Notes under the pieces: generated by a model
The model's database searches: none
Seen by the model: the letters and a program-made list of their open reading frames with translations, nothing else
Told to the model about the DNA's origin: nothing
Part shown: positions 45,996 through 58,820 of the stretch, piece by piece
Position numbering within the stretch: the stretch's first letter is position 1
Layout of the letters: the number at the start of each line of letters is the position of its first letter
Assembly (NCBI RefSeq): GCF_006345805.1
Contig: NC_043002.1
Location: forward strand, 66,588,001-66,652,000
DNA length: 64,000 nt
Direction: 5' to 3'
From: Octopus sinensis
Lineage: Eukaryota
Made by a program: the position numbers and the translations under genes

Positions 45996-47294
45996 CATTA
46001 TTATTATTATCATCATCATCATCATCATACTAAGTGGTGAGCTGGCAGAATCGTTAGCATGCCGGGCTAAATGCATAGCATTTCGTCCACTCACGCGTCC
46101 CGGCTTAATCTCTGGATTAAAACAGTGAAAGGTTGTGTTCATGACGAGCTAAGTCTATCGTGTGTTCTTTCGATGCTAATTTACATCAATTTCCAACTTT
46201 TTGACATATGACTCCTCTCTGGCCTCCATAAACTACAACCTGGTCTAGAATGACTAACCAAACTGATTCACTTCCTCCTTCCAACTTTATATGCGATGTC
46301 ATTTCCCACTAACTCTTTACTAAAATAGGTGACTGATTCATCTTTCAGATACTGGTATTTGGTGTGATATCTAAGTACGATTCATCAGTTACCATTCCAT
46401 ATAAGGATGTCCGGTCTCCAAATAACAACGCGTCAGTATAAAAATCTGATAGAAACCATAGGAAATTTAGACTCTCCAATGATATTTTCTTAAACAAAAC
46501 ATAAAAGAGCAATGATTTCTAATTTAGGAACTAGGCCAGCAAGTTTGAGAGCAGCCAATACCATCGAACCTGGTACTTGATTAGTACCATATTTTATCGG
46601 CCTCGGAGGGATGGTATGCAAAGTTGATCTCTGTTTGATTTTATCTCAGGATTTACAGAACCGGAAAAAGCACCGACAAGCATTTTTTATCGACATTCTA
46701 TCGATCCTGTCAGGTCTCCGCCTTACAAAACATAAAAATAATTGAGGTTACACTTCATATTGAATTAACGAGGTAGGGGTAGGCATTTAAACAATGTTGC
46801 CTATTACAGCTATGGTGCTTTAGATCTATCATCCGCATGTACAAAAGACAAGAACACAAAATTTTTAAGATGTTCTATAGGGAAAACAATCATTCAAAGA
46901 ACAGACTTAAAAAGACAACCTTTAGGTTAACATCAACTTAATTTGTAGTTAACATCAAATTAATGAACTGTAGGCCTGAAACCTCAGCCAATTAAAGAAT
47001 CTATTGCAGACCAGTTCACTATCGACAGCATACCTTTACCAAAACAAGAGAACAGTTGTAACTTTTCAGATAAATTGCTCGCCAACATTTTGCTTTTGCC
47101 CACGATAAGTGCCGCAGAGACGCGGCTCTCTTGGCTCTGGTGACTGTCATACGACGCTCTACCTATAATTCCTTCCGTAAACCAAAACTTTGGTCTCCGA
47201 ACGAAATGTACATTGCTACAAATGACTGTACATGGCTCCTGCGTAACAACAAATATAGTAATATAACTATATTAATATAAGGATTCTCATTAAA

Positions 47295-48050
47295 CTATAG
47301 ATTTGGAAGAACCGTTAGCATGCCGGAGAGAATGCATAGCGGCATTTCGTCCGTCTTTGCGTTTTGAGTTCAAATTCCGCTGAAATTGTCTTTACCTTTC
47401 ATCATTTTGAGATCGATAAAATAAGTTCCAATTGAGTACTGGCATAAGTGTAATCGATTAGACCCGTCTCCCAAAAATTTCAGGCATTATGCCCATAACC
47501 GAAAATTTTGTTGTTGTTAAGACGGCGAACTGGTAAAATCATTGTACGCCGGACAAAATGCTTTGCGACATTTCGTCCGTCTGTACGTTCTCCGTTTAAA
47601 TTCCGCCGAGGTTAAATTTGCTTTCCATCTTTTTTGGATTAATAAATTCAGTACCATTCAAACTTTAATGTCGATGTAATCGAACTTACCCCGCCTCCCA
47701 ATAAATTGCTGGTCTGGCGCCAAAATTTGTAACCAATATAAGCTTTTCCTGTGTGGATCAAAAAACTTTGGTCTCCGAACTCCGTGTCCACTGTTATAGA
47801 TGAATGCAATAACAGTAACTAAATTCATGAGAAAAAACAAGGATAAAATATTGATTTCAAATTTTGACACATTGCTAGCAATTTCGGGAAAGGGGTGAAG
47901 TCGATTACATGGAGCCCAGCACTCAACTGGTACTTATTTTATCGACCCTTCAAAGTGACTTCGACGGTATTTGAACTGAGAGTGTAAAGACGGACAATAT
48001 GCCGCTAAGCATTTTCCCCGGTGTGCTAATGAATTAGCCAGCTCGCCATC
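47295..48050. mobile_element. Cluster of three SINE-B copies (two plus, one minus)
   Basis: Cores at about 47340-47420 (+), 47570-47650 (+) and 47900-48040 (-). Confidence 0.78.
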
Positions 48051-48131
48051 CGAAACCTGGATAGATTACTAATGCACAGAATCGCATCAAAGTGTAGCCT
48101 TTATGATTAAACTGTATTATTTCCAAATATT

Positions 48132-48692
48132 CTTTTCCACTCTAGGCACAAGGCCCAAAATTTTGGGGGAGAGGGCAGTTGATTATATCGACCTCAGTAG
48201 GCAACTGGTACTTAATTTATCGACCCCGAAAGGATGAAAAGCAAAGTTGATCTCGGCGGAATTTGAACTCAGAACGTAAAGACAGACGAAATACCTATTT
48301 ACTGCCCACAAGGATTACTACCCACAGACGGATTAAGTCGATTATGTCGACCCCAGTACGTAACAGGTACTTAATTTATCGACCCAGAAAGGTTGAAAGG
48401 CAAAGTCGACCTCGGCAGAATTTGAACTCAGGACGTAGCGGTAGACGAAATACCTATTTCTATTTCTTTACTACCCACAAGGGGCTAAACACAGAGGAGA
48501 CAAACAAAGACAGACAGGCGGATTAAGTCGATTATATCGACCCCAGTGCGTAACTGGTACGTATTTAATCGACTCCGAAAGGATAAAAGGCAAAGTCGAC
48601 CTCGGCGGAGTTTGAACTCAAAACGTTGCGGCAGACGAAATACGGCTACGCATTTCGCCCGGCGTGCTAACGTTTCTGCCAGCTCGCCGCCC
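48132..48692 (-). mobile_element. SINE-B with one head and three tandem cores, 17-bp perfect TSD
   Basis: Core ATCGAC..C.GAAAGG.T.AAA.GCAAAGT.GA.CTCGGC.GA.TTTGAACTCA occurs three times; TATTATTTCCAAATATT at 48115-48131 and 48693-48709. Confidence 0.93.
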
Positions 48693-49565
48693 TATTATTT
48701 CCAAATATTACTGACAAAATATTAATTCTCTCTGTGGAGCGAGAAGCTCATTAAAATATATTGCTCTAAAGTCAAAATTTAATACTCATTCCACTTGTCC
48801 CAGATCTCGTAGTTCACCAGTGAAACTTCCTTACACTTTTGCTCTCACTTCACCCAACCTCATTTGCAGTACTTATCTATTCGCTCTTACTGTTAGCATA
48901 ACATACCCCGCGCGCGGTCGTTTGTGTGTGTGTGCTTGTGTATGAGTGCTGACCTCCTATCTCTTTCTCTCTTTAAACTATATAATATATAGTCATTAAT
49001 CTGGCATCTATTTCAAGGATAGGAAATAATGTTTATGATATGTAATAAACGGTGTCTGCACTCCCAGTACGTATTTTTAATTGATAATGAACAAATAGAC
49101 AATTAGAAAATCGTTCTGATAGGGGAGAATTGGGGGAGACAAAGAAGATAAATGCAAAAAGACATATTTGAATTCGAGGTCGGGACAAAAGTAAATATGT
49201 CAGATAAATGGTGGTATTAACTTTTGTCTCTTTCATTCCTTCTTTTTGTCTTTCTCTCTGTCATTCAATAAGCTTTCGTCTAAGATGAGCTGATAAACGA
49301 TCTCGTTTAATGCAGTATACATCCGCTCCTGGATCTGGTGGTGAATCCCCCAGCACTTCCCTCTCTAGAGCTAACAAATTTTGTATACTCAACACTTAAA
49401 CACATGCAATGAAAGACGCACGCATGCACACACGTATAAATAAGCACACACACACACACACACACCAACAATCATACATGCATATAAAAAGATTTACATA
49501 TGCTGTATTTTGTGGTGGAGGTGGTGTTGGAGGATAAAGAAACAACATTGCTGTTGAAAAGAATT

Positions 49566-50165
49566 CCTACTCAGGAAGATCTTAAATAGTTTTGGTCTAA
49601 CATCTGGAATGGAAAGAAGAATCTCAACCATAAAGCGTCATGGCTCAATACAATCATGAATGAATTCTCACCCAACACCAGCAGTAACTACAGACACCAT
49701 CGACTTCAAAATGTTTACTAAAGCTGTGGGAAAGCTGTATAATAGCATTGAGAAGAGACCTAATTGTTAGGCTATGGTACGAAGTATTAACATCTACAGA
49801 AGGCTTCTCACGTGTATGTTTTAAAATGTATGAAAGACCAAATTGACATAACAATCCGGCTTGCTTTGGTAAAATAAATCTTGTAGCCAAGAAAAATAAC
49901 ACTGGCAGGATGCTGTCGGTTCACTATTAGCCAAGTTTTACCCAAACCATTTAAGACTTTTATTTCTTTTATAACTAGCATTTCCTCCAAGCTCATTGCG
50001 AGTCTAAAAAGACAGTGACTAATTATGCAGACAAATAGGAAAATAGAGAGTGTAGGGGATTATGCCAAATAATTTCTAGTTAATAAGGCTGTGTTGTTGG
50101 AAATAAAAATATTGGAGAAACCTTGTCAGTGTATGGTTTCGTTGCTAAAAAGTGTTTTTGGTGGT
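49566..50165 (+). pseudogene. Heavily decayed non-LTR reverse transcriptase region (R4/Dong-like)
   Basis: Manual translation across frameshifts: PTQEDLK*FWSNIWNGKKNLNHKASWL; LIVRLWYEVLTS; GKINLVAKKNNT; LVNKAVLLEIK; RNLVSVWFRC*KVF (compare RNLS.AWIDYKKAFDSV). Confidence 0.62.
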
Positions 50166-51015
50166 AACAGGAGTAACAGCATCACGAAAAATACATGAAG
50201 ATATTTGCAAATATGAAGAGAAACCTTTTCACATACGAAGTATCTAACATGTAGAAAGCATGGCACAAGATTTATCATTGTGTAACTCGAGGGAGCCTTG
50301 CTAATGTAGATATATGCAATGGCAATCGGTTTGTCTGTCAAACATCTGAGAGTGAACCAAAGACCCAGCATTCTTCATATCGTCATATACTACACTGCAT
50401 ACACAAAATATGAAGTGGATTATGGTTTATGCATCACTGTACCGGTCTGAACATAAGTTTCAGAAACATATACCCAGCTTTCTTTTGTATAATTGTTAGT
50501 GTTGTTTGTAGCAAAATGGTACGAGGGGGGCGGATAGGATCGCCTGATAAGAACGTGACAATTACTGATCTCTAGAAACCACATGACCTTTTAGGAGCTG
50601 CATGACCATTTAGAAATGACAATGAACTTCTCTTAAAACATTTCTGTCATCTTGAAAAAAAAGAATTGAAAATATGATATTGTAATATGTCTCTGGTTAA
50701 CCAACGGTTGACAGCTTTTGTCTCGATGTTCAGAATAGTTTCTGAGTTCATTAGTCCGGAAGAAAAATTCCTGCTTAAAATAGATACAAATTGTTGAAAT
50801 TTACTTTCTAACCCAGCAAATAAAGATTTCTCAGATTGGTTACAAGGTCAGACATTTTTTGAGAAAATACACGGCTGACTGAATTGACCTTAGTACATGA
50901 GACGTACTTATCTGATCGAACTCGGAGTGATAAAATGAAATTTTGGCGAGATTTCAATTTAGTAAGTAGAAAGAGGAACAGAATTAAGTACGATACACAT
51001 TTGCTTCAGGCCCCT

Positions 51016-51282
51016 GTGAAGGTTCGTGGTTAAGTGGTTAGGATATTTGACTGGTAACTGTAAGGTCGTGAGTTCGATGCCCGGCGCTGCATTGTGTCCT
51101 TGAACAAGACACTTTATTCCACGTTGCCCCAGTTCACTCAGCTGGCAAAAACGAGTAGTACCTGTATTTCAAAGGGCCAGCCTTTATCGTATTCTGCCAC
51201 GCTGAATCTCCCTGAGAACTACGTTAAGGGTACGCGTGTCTGTGGAGTGCTCAGCCACTTGTACATTAATTTCACAAGCAGG
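51016..51282 (+). mobile_element. SINE-C, truncated at a GCAGG junction
   Basis: Head, core GTGTCCTTGAACAAGACACTTTATTCCACGTTGCCCCAGTTCACTCAGCTGG and tail up to CACAAGCAGG. Confidence 0.88.
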
Positions 51283-51631
51283 AGTGTCTGTGTGGTAAAT
51301 AGCTTGCTTACCAACCATAGAGTTCCGCATAGTGTCGGGCCGACCAAAGCCTAGTGAGTGGATTTGGTAGACGGAAACGGAAAGAAGCCTGTCGGATATA
51401 TGTGTGTGTTTGTGTGTGTATGTGTGTCTGTGTTTGCCATCCCCCCCTACCATCGCTTGAAAACCGATGCGGGTGTGTTTACGTCCCGGTAACCTAGCGG
51501 TTCTGCAAAAGAGAACGATAGAATAAGTACGAGGCTTACAAAGAATAAGTCCTGGGGTCGATCATTTTGACTTAAGGCGGTGTTCCAGCATGGCCGCAGT
51601 CAAATGACTGAAACAAATAAAAGAGTAAAGA
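51278..51631 (+). mobile_element. SINE-A with internal deletion, fused to the preceding SINE-C
   Basis: Starts GCAGGAGTGTCTGTGTGG; tail ends AAAAGAGTAAAGAG. Confidence 0.9.
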
Positions 51632-52309
51632 GGTTATTCAGTGATTGGATCAACCGGAGGTCTGGTCGTTATGACAGAAAGCGTGCCAGTTATTCCAGGT
51701 CCCTGCCGTTTCTGCCAATCCAACACTTCCGTAAATTATATAAAAATGATAACTTATTCTAACAAATAGAAAGAAAGAAAAAACTGTAGAAGAGAAGAGT
51801 GAGCGGCGTTTTCTATTTAAGAACGATATTGGAAACCGTTTATATACTTGCTTAGAAAACCGTTCAGTCGATGTTGTTGTTACTGTTGTTGTATGGCTTC
51901 CAGCCCCGGGTCACTTCTGATCCACAAAATGTATGACACCCTGCTAATTGGCCGAGCAACTGAACGCCACCCACGGAACTATGGTTCCAAATCTCATTAT
52001 TTTAGAAATAATGTTGGAGTTGCTGTTGTTGTTAACATAAGATCTGCTCCGACCAAAGTCGTTCCAGCTAAGATCATCCGCCGTATATTTTTACTTTATG
52101 GCTCAGACCTAAAACATCCAGTGTACACTTCGTTTTCTAAAAAAGTAGAGGGCATTAGGTTGCTATTTCTAGTAGATCGAGCAGGCCTAATTGCTGGCTC
52201 CTGTTACATACATTTGTATATTGTAGTGATGGTTGCGCTACATGCGGGCAAGTTCACACAGTGAAAGTCAGAGCGCATGAGTTACTATTCATGCGAGGAC
52301 AAATTATAT

Positions 52310-52340
<31 letters not shown>

Positions 52341-52924
52341 TACATACATACATACATACATACATACATACATACATACATACATACATAAAACGTGCAT
52401 ACACACGCACACATACATACATACGCACACATATCACCATATCATATATAATTATATAATTATATTAATATATATTAATCATGCGAAATAGGTCAGCGAT
52501 CAAACAACTGGGTGTAAATAGAGTGATTCAACACTCTGCATATACCTTCCTGCATACTCCGACACGGTGTATGCTGTATAGCGGTCTGTGCATTTAGTTT
52601 TAACATTGTCGACTCCGTTTTCTCTTACATAATTTCAGGATTTAGTGTCAGCATAACATCGATTAAATGTGCTCTACTATTATTTTGTGAAGGGGCATGA
52701 CGTCGCGGTTCTCGAACTGGGTGGAATGTTGCGTTCATGAGCAAAACACTTTATTTCGCATTTCCCCAGTCCACTCTGCTGTGGATGAGTAACCCTACAA
52801 CGGACATGTGTCCCGTTCTGGCGGAATGTTGAGGCCTCAACCAGCAGTAGGAGCAGAAGGAGATAATTTTTTGGCTTTCAGGCGTGTTGTATTGAAAACG
52901 CAACTATGTTCTAATTTAATATAC

Positions 52925-53077
52925 TGGCTTTGTGGTAAGGAGCTTGCTTCCGAACCACATGGTTAAGGGTTCAGTCCCATTGCGAGGCATTTTTCGCAAG
53001 TGACTTCTACTATATCCTCGGGCCGACCAGAGCCTTGTGGGTGAATTTGGTACACGGATACTGAAAATGAACCCGTC

Positions 53078-53078
<1 letters not shown>
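52925..53078 (+). mobile_element. SINE-A head half (tail half at 53800-54048)
   Basis: GCTTGCTTCCGAACCACATGG...AACCCGTCG, then (TA)n. Confidence 0.85.
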
Positions 53079-53158
<80 letters not shown>

Positions 53159-53159
53159 T

Positions 53160-53790
53160 AGAGAAAAACCACTATTATGTAATTCAAACAATGATAGACA
53201 GAAACCAAATCATAAAGAAAAAATATAATATATTATAAAACATATAACTAGATCACAAAAAGTACAAAAGAATATTATATATTTATATTGTGAAATTTTA
53301 TTTAATACTAAATCTGAAATTTGATTTAATACTATATATATATATATATATATATATACATAAGTATAGTGGACAGAACTTCAAATCAGGTAGACTACGA
53401 TTAACACATACGTATACAGGTTTAGTTAAGATAAAATAAGGATTGTCTCAACTGAAACATATATTGATATATTAAATAGAAACATAGAAATATATGAATA
53501 CTAAAAATATACATGAACATATAGATATATAGATATGTAAACATACTAAGAATAGAATATAGATAACAATAATAGCGGATTATAGATACAAAACGTTTTA
53601 AAAAAATTTTAAATGGTAAAGTAATAGGTATTAAAAAGAGTTTTGGGTTTCATTTTAGATGAAGTAGAGTGTTCCGACGGTCGTTTCTGGGGCTCATTCG
53701 TCCGAATTACTGATCCGTCTTGAGATTCATTTCCAGAGAATGACCCCTTAATTAGGGAAAAGAAAAATGTTTATTCTAGATATTCGTTCA
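53160..53790 (-). mobile_element. AT-rich Penelope-like insert with decayed hammerhead motif
   Basis: Minus strand at 53672-53708: AATT-CGGACGA-ATGAGCCCCA-GAAACGACCGTC-GGAA. Confidence 0.4.
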
Positions 53791-53795
53791 GTTCT

Positions 53796-53799
<4 letters not shown>

Positions 53800-53835
<36 letters not shown>

Positions 53836-54048
53836 TTTTGTGTTTGTGTTTGTCTTACCACCGTCGCCTGACATCCGGTGCTAGTATGTTTACGTACTCG
53901 TAACTTAGCGGTTCGGCAAAGACACCGATAGAATAAGTACCAGATTTTTAAAAGATAAGTACTGGGGTCGATACGTTCGACTAAAAATTCTTGAAGGCGG
54001 TGCCCCAGCATGGCCGCAGTCTGATGACTGAAGCAAGTAAACTATAAA
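53800..54048 (+). mobile_element. SINE-A tail half
   Basis: GTAACTTAGCGGTTCGGCAAAGACACCGATAGAATAAGTAC...CAGCATGGCCGCAGTC. Confidence 0.88.
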
Positions 54049-54329
54049 AGCTATACTCAATTAAGATATGCTTGAGGTATATGCCAACCCATAAAACGCC
54101 ATTGACTATCTCCTGTTATGGAGAAAATTTCTCGTTGCAGACAAATCAATTAGCAGCGTCGCCTGACCAGACTGTGGGATGCATGAATTTCGGAGTGGTT
54201 ATCTCCTCCTCGGTCAGAAAATCGGACAAGGCGGCGCTGCGAGTTATCATCCCAAGTATATATATATATATATCTTTAAATATGTATATATGTATGTATA
54301 TATATGTGTGTGTGTTTCTATAAATGCTT

Positions 54330-54486
54330 TAAATGAGGAGTAGATGGAGAGCTGACAACTGATGAAGGGTCGTTCTTTATGTTATTTGTCTGGTTTTTCA
54401 TTTATTTCACTCGTTGTCTGCATATCTAAGTTTATCTTTTTCGTATTTCATGTTGTTTACGTTTAGTGATGTCCTGTACCCAGATA

Positions 54487-54490
<4 letters not shown>
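54330..54490 (+). mobile_element. Family P3 fragment
   Basis: Homologous to 59960-60140 and to the reverse of 6198-6350; ends in (TA)n. Confidence 0.6.
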
Positions 54491-54536
<46 letters not shown>

Positions 54537-54571
54537 ATCGAAAATAACTATGACTTAATTCTTCCTCTCAC

Positions 54572-54632
54572 ATCGTCTCCGATGAAGGGATATTATTATT
54601 AATTAATATTCTAGAAACAGCTGTAAGACCAT
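54572..54632 (+). ncRNA. Type I hammerhead ribozyme-like motif in a TA-flanked short element (P4, about 54535-54700)
   Basis: ATCGTCT-CCGATGA-A-GGGATATT-(10 nt)-AATATTCT-A-GAA-ACAGCTGT-A-AGACCAT: stem I 6/7 pairs, 8-bp stem II, palindromic stem III ACAGCTGT; U4>C variant. Confidence 0.62.
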
Positions 54633-54708
54633 CTATCTATAAATGCTCTAATATCTATACAGCCTTGGTTTTTTTATCTTATTACGCAAAAAATTCTTAT
54701 ATGTACAC

Positions 54709-54768
<60 letters not shown>

Positions 54769-54789
54769 CATAAATTATAGGTACGGCCC

Positions 54790-54867
54790 CTTCAGCATGT
54801 GTCTTCTACAATAAGCCTCAGGACGACCGTAGCCTTGTATGTGGATTTGGTGGACAGAAACTCAGAG

Positions 54868-54902
<35 letters not shown>

Positions 54903-54903
54903 G

Positions 54904-54936
<33 letters not shown>

Positions 54937-55177
54937 CACACACACACACAGTCGTTTGTGTGTGTGTGAACCTTCACATTTGTATTTGTCCCCACCACTG
55001 CTTGACAACTGATGTCGACTTGTTTGCTTTCTCGTAACGCAGCGTGCTGTTCACCAAAACAGAACGGAAGAATATGTACCAACCTTAAAAATAAGTGCTG
55101 GGTTTGATTTATTCGACTAATGGCATCAAGGCGGTGCCCCAGCATGACCGCCGTCCATTGACTGAAAGAAGTAAAAA
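54790..55177 (+). mobile_element. SINE-A, diverged; central microsatellite is (CA)n rather than (TG)n
   Basis: GTGTCTTCTACAATAAGCC...GGATTTGGTGGACAGAAAC and tail GGCGGTGCCCCAGCATG. Confidence 0.8.
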
Positions 55178-55181
55178 ATTA

Positions 55182-55212
<31 letters not shown>

Positions 55213-55214
55213 CA

Positions 55215-55500
55215 CGGTATCAGTATCGTCCAGACTGTCGGATGTAGTTATACATCACTGGTCACTGGTCACAATGCGTTTTGTACTGTTTTAGTTTACC
55301 AATGATGCCTCCCCGCAGGATAGGCGAGTAGGCCATCATTCTCTCTCGTTGGAAGGCTATTCCGTTTCAGAGTTATCCATCTACAGTTAAGTGGACAAGA
55401 GCAACATGAAATGAAGCATTTTGCTCAAGAACACAACCGCCACCAGGTGCAGGTATCGAACCCACGATCTAGCGATCGTATGAGGAATACCTTAACTAAC
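55215..55500 (-). mobile_element. SINE-C type
   Basis: TTTTGCTCAAGAACACAAC core and ATCGAACCCACGATC (B-box reverse complement). Confidence 0.78.
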
Positions 55501-56051
55501 AGATTAAATTAGAGCATAATCTTCCCTGTGCCACTACCGCTGATTGATGATTTTCCCCTGCTACTGCTATATTCCTTTAACCTTATATTTCTTGTAAGGC
55601 ATGCTTTCTCGAGACAAACATCGCTCTTTAGCAGGCCTTCAACAGTATATGCTTTATGTATGGTATACAGATTGCTTTTATAAAATTACTCGATAAAACA
55701 GCAAAAGAAAAAAAAAACAACACGAAAAATATACAACAGAATTCTGGAAGATATTGATCGGAATAAAGAAATTAACTGCAGATCTGATAGCGTAGAACAC
55801 AAATTCTTCAACGGTCCAGTTCTGTCTAGAAAATATGCATAAATGTGAATGTACCCAATATTTGAAGGGTAGAAGAAAAGCCCCCTGCATCCTGGAGATA
55901 GTACAAAGGAAATCTGGGAACGTTGTTAAAAATATTGGGAACTTTATAGGGTCTCATACGTAGTTGCGCGAAAATGTTATTTAAAAGGATTAAACTGGAA
56001 CATACTCGTGCTTTTCAAAACGTATTTAAAAGAACTCTCTCTCTCTCACTT

Positions 56052-56242
<191 letters not shown>

Positions 56243-58679
56243 CATACATATATACACACACACACACACACTTACGTGTGTGTGTGTAAAGATCATACAA
56301 ATTATGATTATTCTCGTTCTGAGATTCAGGTTATTTTACTTGCCACCGCCGCAGATATGCTTATAAAGCTAGAAATTCCACCTAAATATTAGGAAAGCCG
56401 TATGCTCTGCTGTAACATGATGTCTGTAGTCTTTGCAACACAACTGCAGTCAAATAAGAATCTTTAGCCTCAAGTTTTCTGGCACCCTTCCAGCTTTATA
56501 CTATTTTATTTGGCATCATTTATTTATTCAAGAGAAACACAGCAAGTCGTTGCCTCATTTTACTCTCATGAAGCCATCTAAGTTATTTTCATGGTAAAAC
56601 CTATAACCTATCGTATGTTGTTACATGGTCATCTAAAATAGACATACAAGTCATCTGAAAATATTAGTAACGGTAAAGTGATCGTTTGGTTAAGGTTAAG
56701 GTAAGCTACTCCTTTTTCGAAACTCAAGGATACATAAAGACAATGATTATCTCACGTTTCTGTAGCGCAAAGGAATGAGATATAAAAATTCTTTCCAATT
56801 TATTGCTGGTAGTTTTTATTTTTATTTTTACCGAGGCAGAACTGGACTTACCATTGCTTCGTTTTGCCAATATGACATTTATAAAAGGTTATTAGAGGAA
56901 GACAAGCGTCCTGTTTGTGGAGTTATTTATCTCGTGTTTGTTTAATGCCGCGAAATTATAATTTAAACATCAGCCTTTTGATAACTGCGATTCGAGATAG
57001 TGATTTTTTCCCCACCATTTCTTAGTAAATGCTTACTACTGATGAAGCTCAAAGAGGCAGAAATACATATTTAACAATGCCATCACCGCTGTTGAACGAT
57101 TATCGCCTCCTACTTGTATATTTCTGTATTTTTTTGCACTGTATGTTTGTGGGCAATGACACATTATAAGGTATATGGCTAAGGTTTCTAAACTACGTTG
57201 CTGTACTTTATACCATCACTTAATCCAAGGTGTGTCGCAAAATTAAGTTAAATCTTTTGATTTTTTTTTTACAAATTCTTCCACTGTCTTCTACTACATA
57301 CTTTAGTGAAGTTACATCTTCGATTACAACAAACTTAAAGACACTGAAATGCTGAAACCTAAAAATCGTTGATAGCGAAATTAAGGAATCATCGAATATT
57401 TTATGAAATGTTTAAGAATTGTATTCTTTACCCCAAACTCGTGTATCCCATTGAATTATTTCTCTTTCTTTTTATATACATTTTTACAATTATCTTTTTG
57501 GCTCTGCTCATAAAACATAATTATTGTGTCATAAGAATTTATATTCTTAACAAAGGTGTGTTGCCAAAGTGAAAAGTTTGGAAAACTCTGCTAAAAGTCA
57601 TATTATGCCATGTCATGATAGGTTAAGCAGAACCCCAAAATTGGCATCTGGCACCGTTCAATGCGAGATATTGTTGTGTAGAAATTTGTTGTTTTGAGAT
57701 ATTTCCAAAATATGTTAAGCCAAAAAATGACTTCCATTCACTAGTCTTTTAATACAAGATCGATTACTTCTTTGGGGTGTGAAAATGAATGGGAAATGTC
57801 CAACATTATCATTGCCGGTGTGAAATACCAATTATATAGCCATTGACTGTTGAATTACACATTTGGCTACGAGCTACCAAATTATACCTTCTTATCAGAT
57901 GTGAAATATTACATTTAAGGAAGCTGCTATTGTTGTTTGCTCCTAAGTCATCTCCGATTGAGTAAACATAATCAATGGCATTCCGGTCGTAACCATCCAT
58001 CCTTAACAGTATATAGTACAACAGTTACACTGCTGATTTTTCGATATCTTGGTTTCCAAAGCCTTGCCGATTTGAACGTTTTGCTGGACGATCTGTAGTG
58101 ACGTAATAATAATTCACCAACACAACTTTAACCTACCAACAATACACCTCTCATGCCATAAATGTCACACAGCGTGTGCGCCGAAACACGCAGTTGACTC
58201 TTTCCTTACGGTTCTATTTTATATTGGATCTGTGCTTTGGTGTTTACATTTCATACTCTCAGTTCTCTTACCTGTTGTAACCAATAAGAAGTGCAGTGTA
58301 AACAATGCCGCTAGATATGTTATACGCACAACGCCACCTGTGGTCACCTGGTGAACTAGACTATCGGCCCTGGAAATTTGAAGGTGTCCTTCGTAATTTA
58401 TCCGGATTGAAGGAGGTACCTTACAATCAGTTGCCGGAAAGTCGTTGATGTAACTGTATATTATCCAATGTCCTTTCTTTATTTAAGGTAGAAGAATAAG
58501 AACTGAAGGAGGCGCGATCTGCGTAGAAGGATGAGAAATGAGGCTGCAATTCTAGGTCCTAACTGGTTTGTATTTAGGACCTAAGATAGTACCACTGTTA
58601 TCTTTCTAGGTCCTGTGTTCAAATTCCGCTAGGTCTGACATCGTCTTTTTAATTCTTCTGAATCAATAAAAAATATAAA

Positions 58680-58820
58680 AGATAACAGTAATACAACTAT
58701 TGAAAAAATAGAAGGTAAAATCGACCTTGGCAGTACTTGAGCTCAGGACATAAAGAGACGGAGGGGATACCGCTTAGCATTTCGTCCGAAGTGCTAACAA
58801 TTCTGCCAGCTTGTCGCTTT
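58680..58820 (-). mobile_element. SINE-B fragment
   Basis: CCGCTTAGCATTTCGTCCG...TTCTGCCAGCTTGTCGC. Confidence 0.72.

Noticed and set aside
48180-48640. Repeat-spacer-repeat pattern resembling a CRISPR array
   Set aside because: Units exceed 100 bp, are SINE cores, spacers are related to each other, there are no cas genes and the context is eukaryotic.
57600-58030. Hydrophobic, stop-interrupted minus-strand reading suggestive of a membrane-protein pseudogene
   Set aside because: No family-specific motif; consistent with chance translation of AT-rich DNA.
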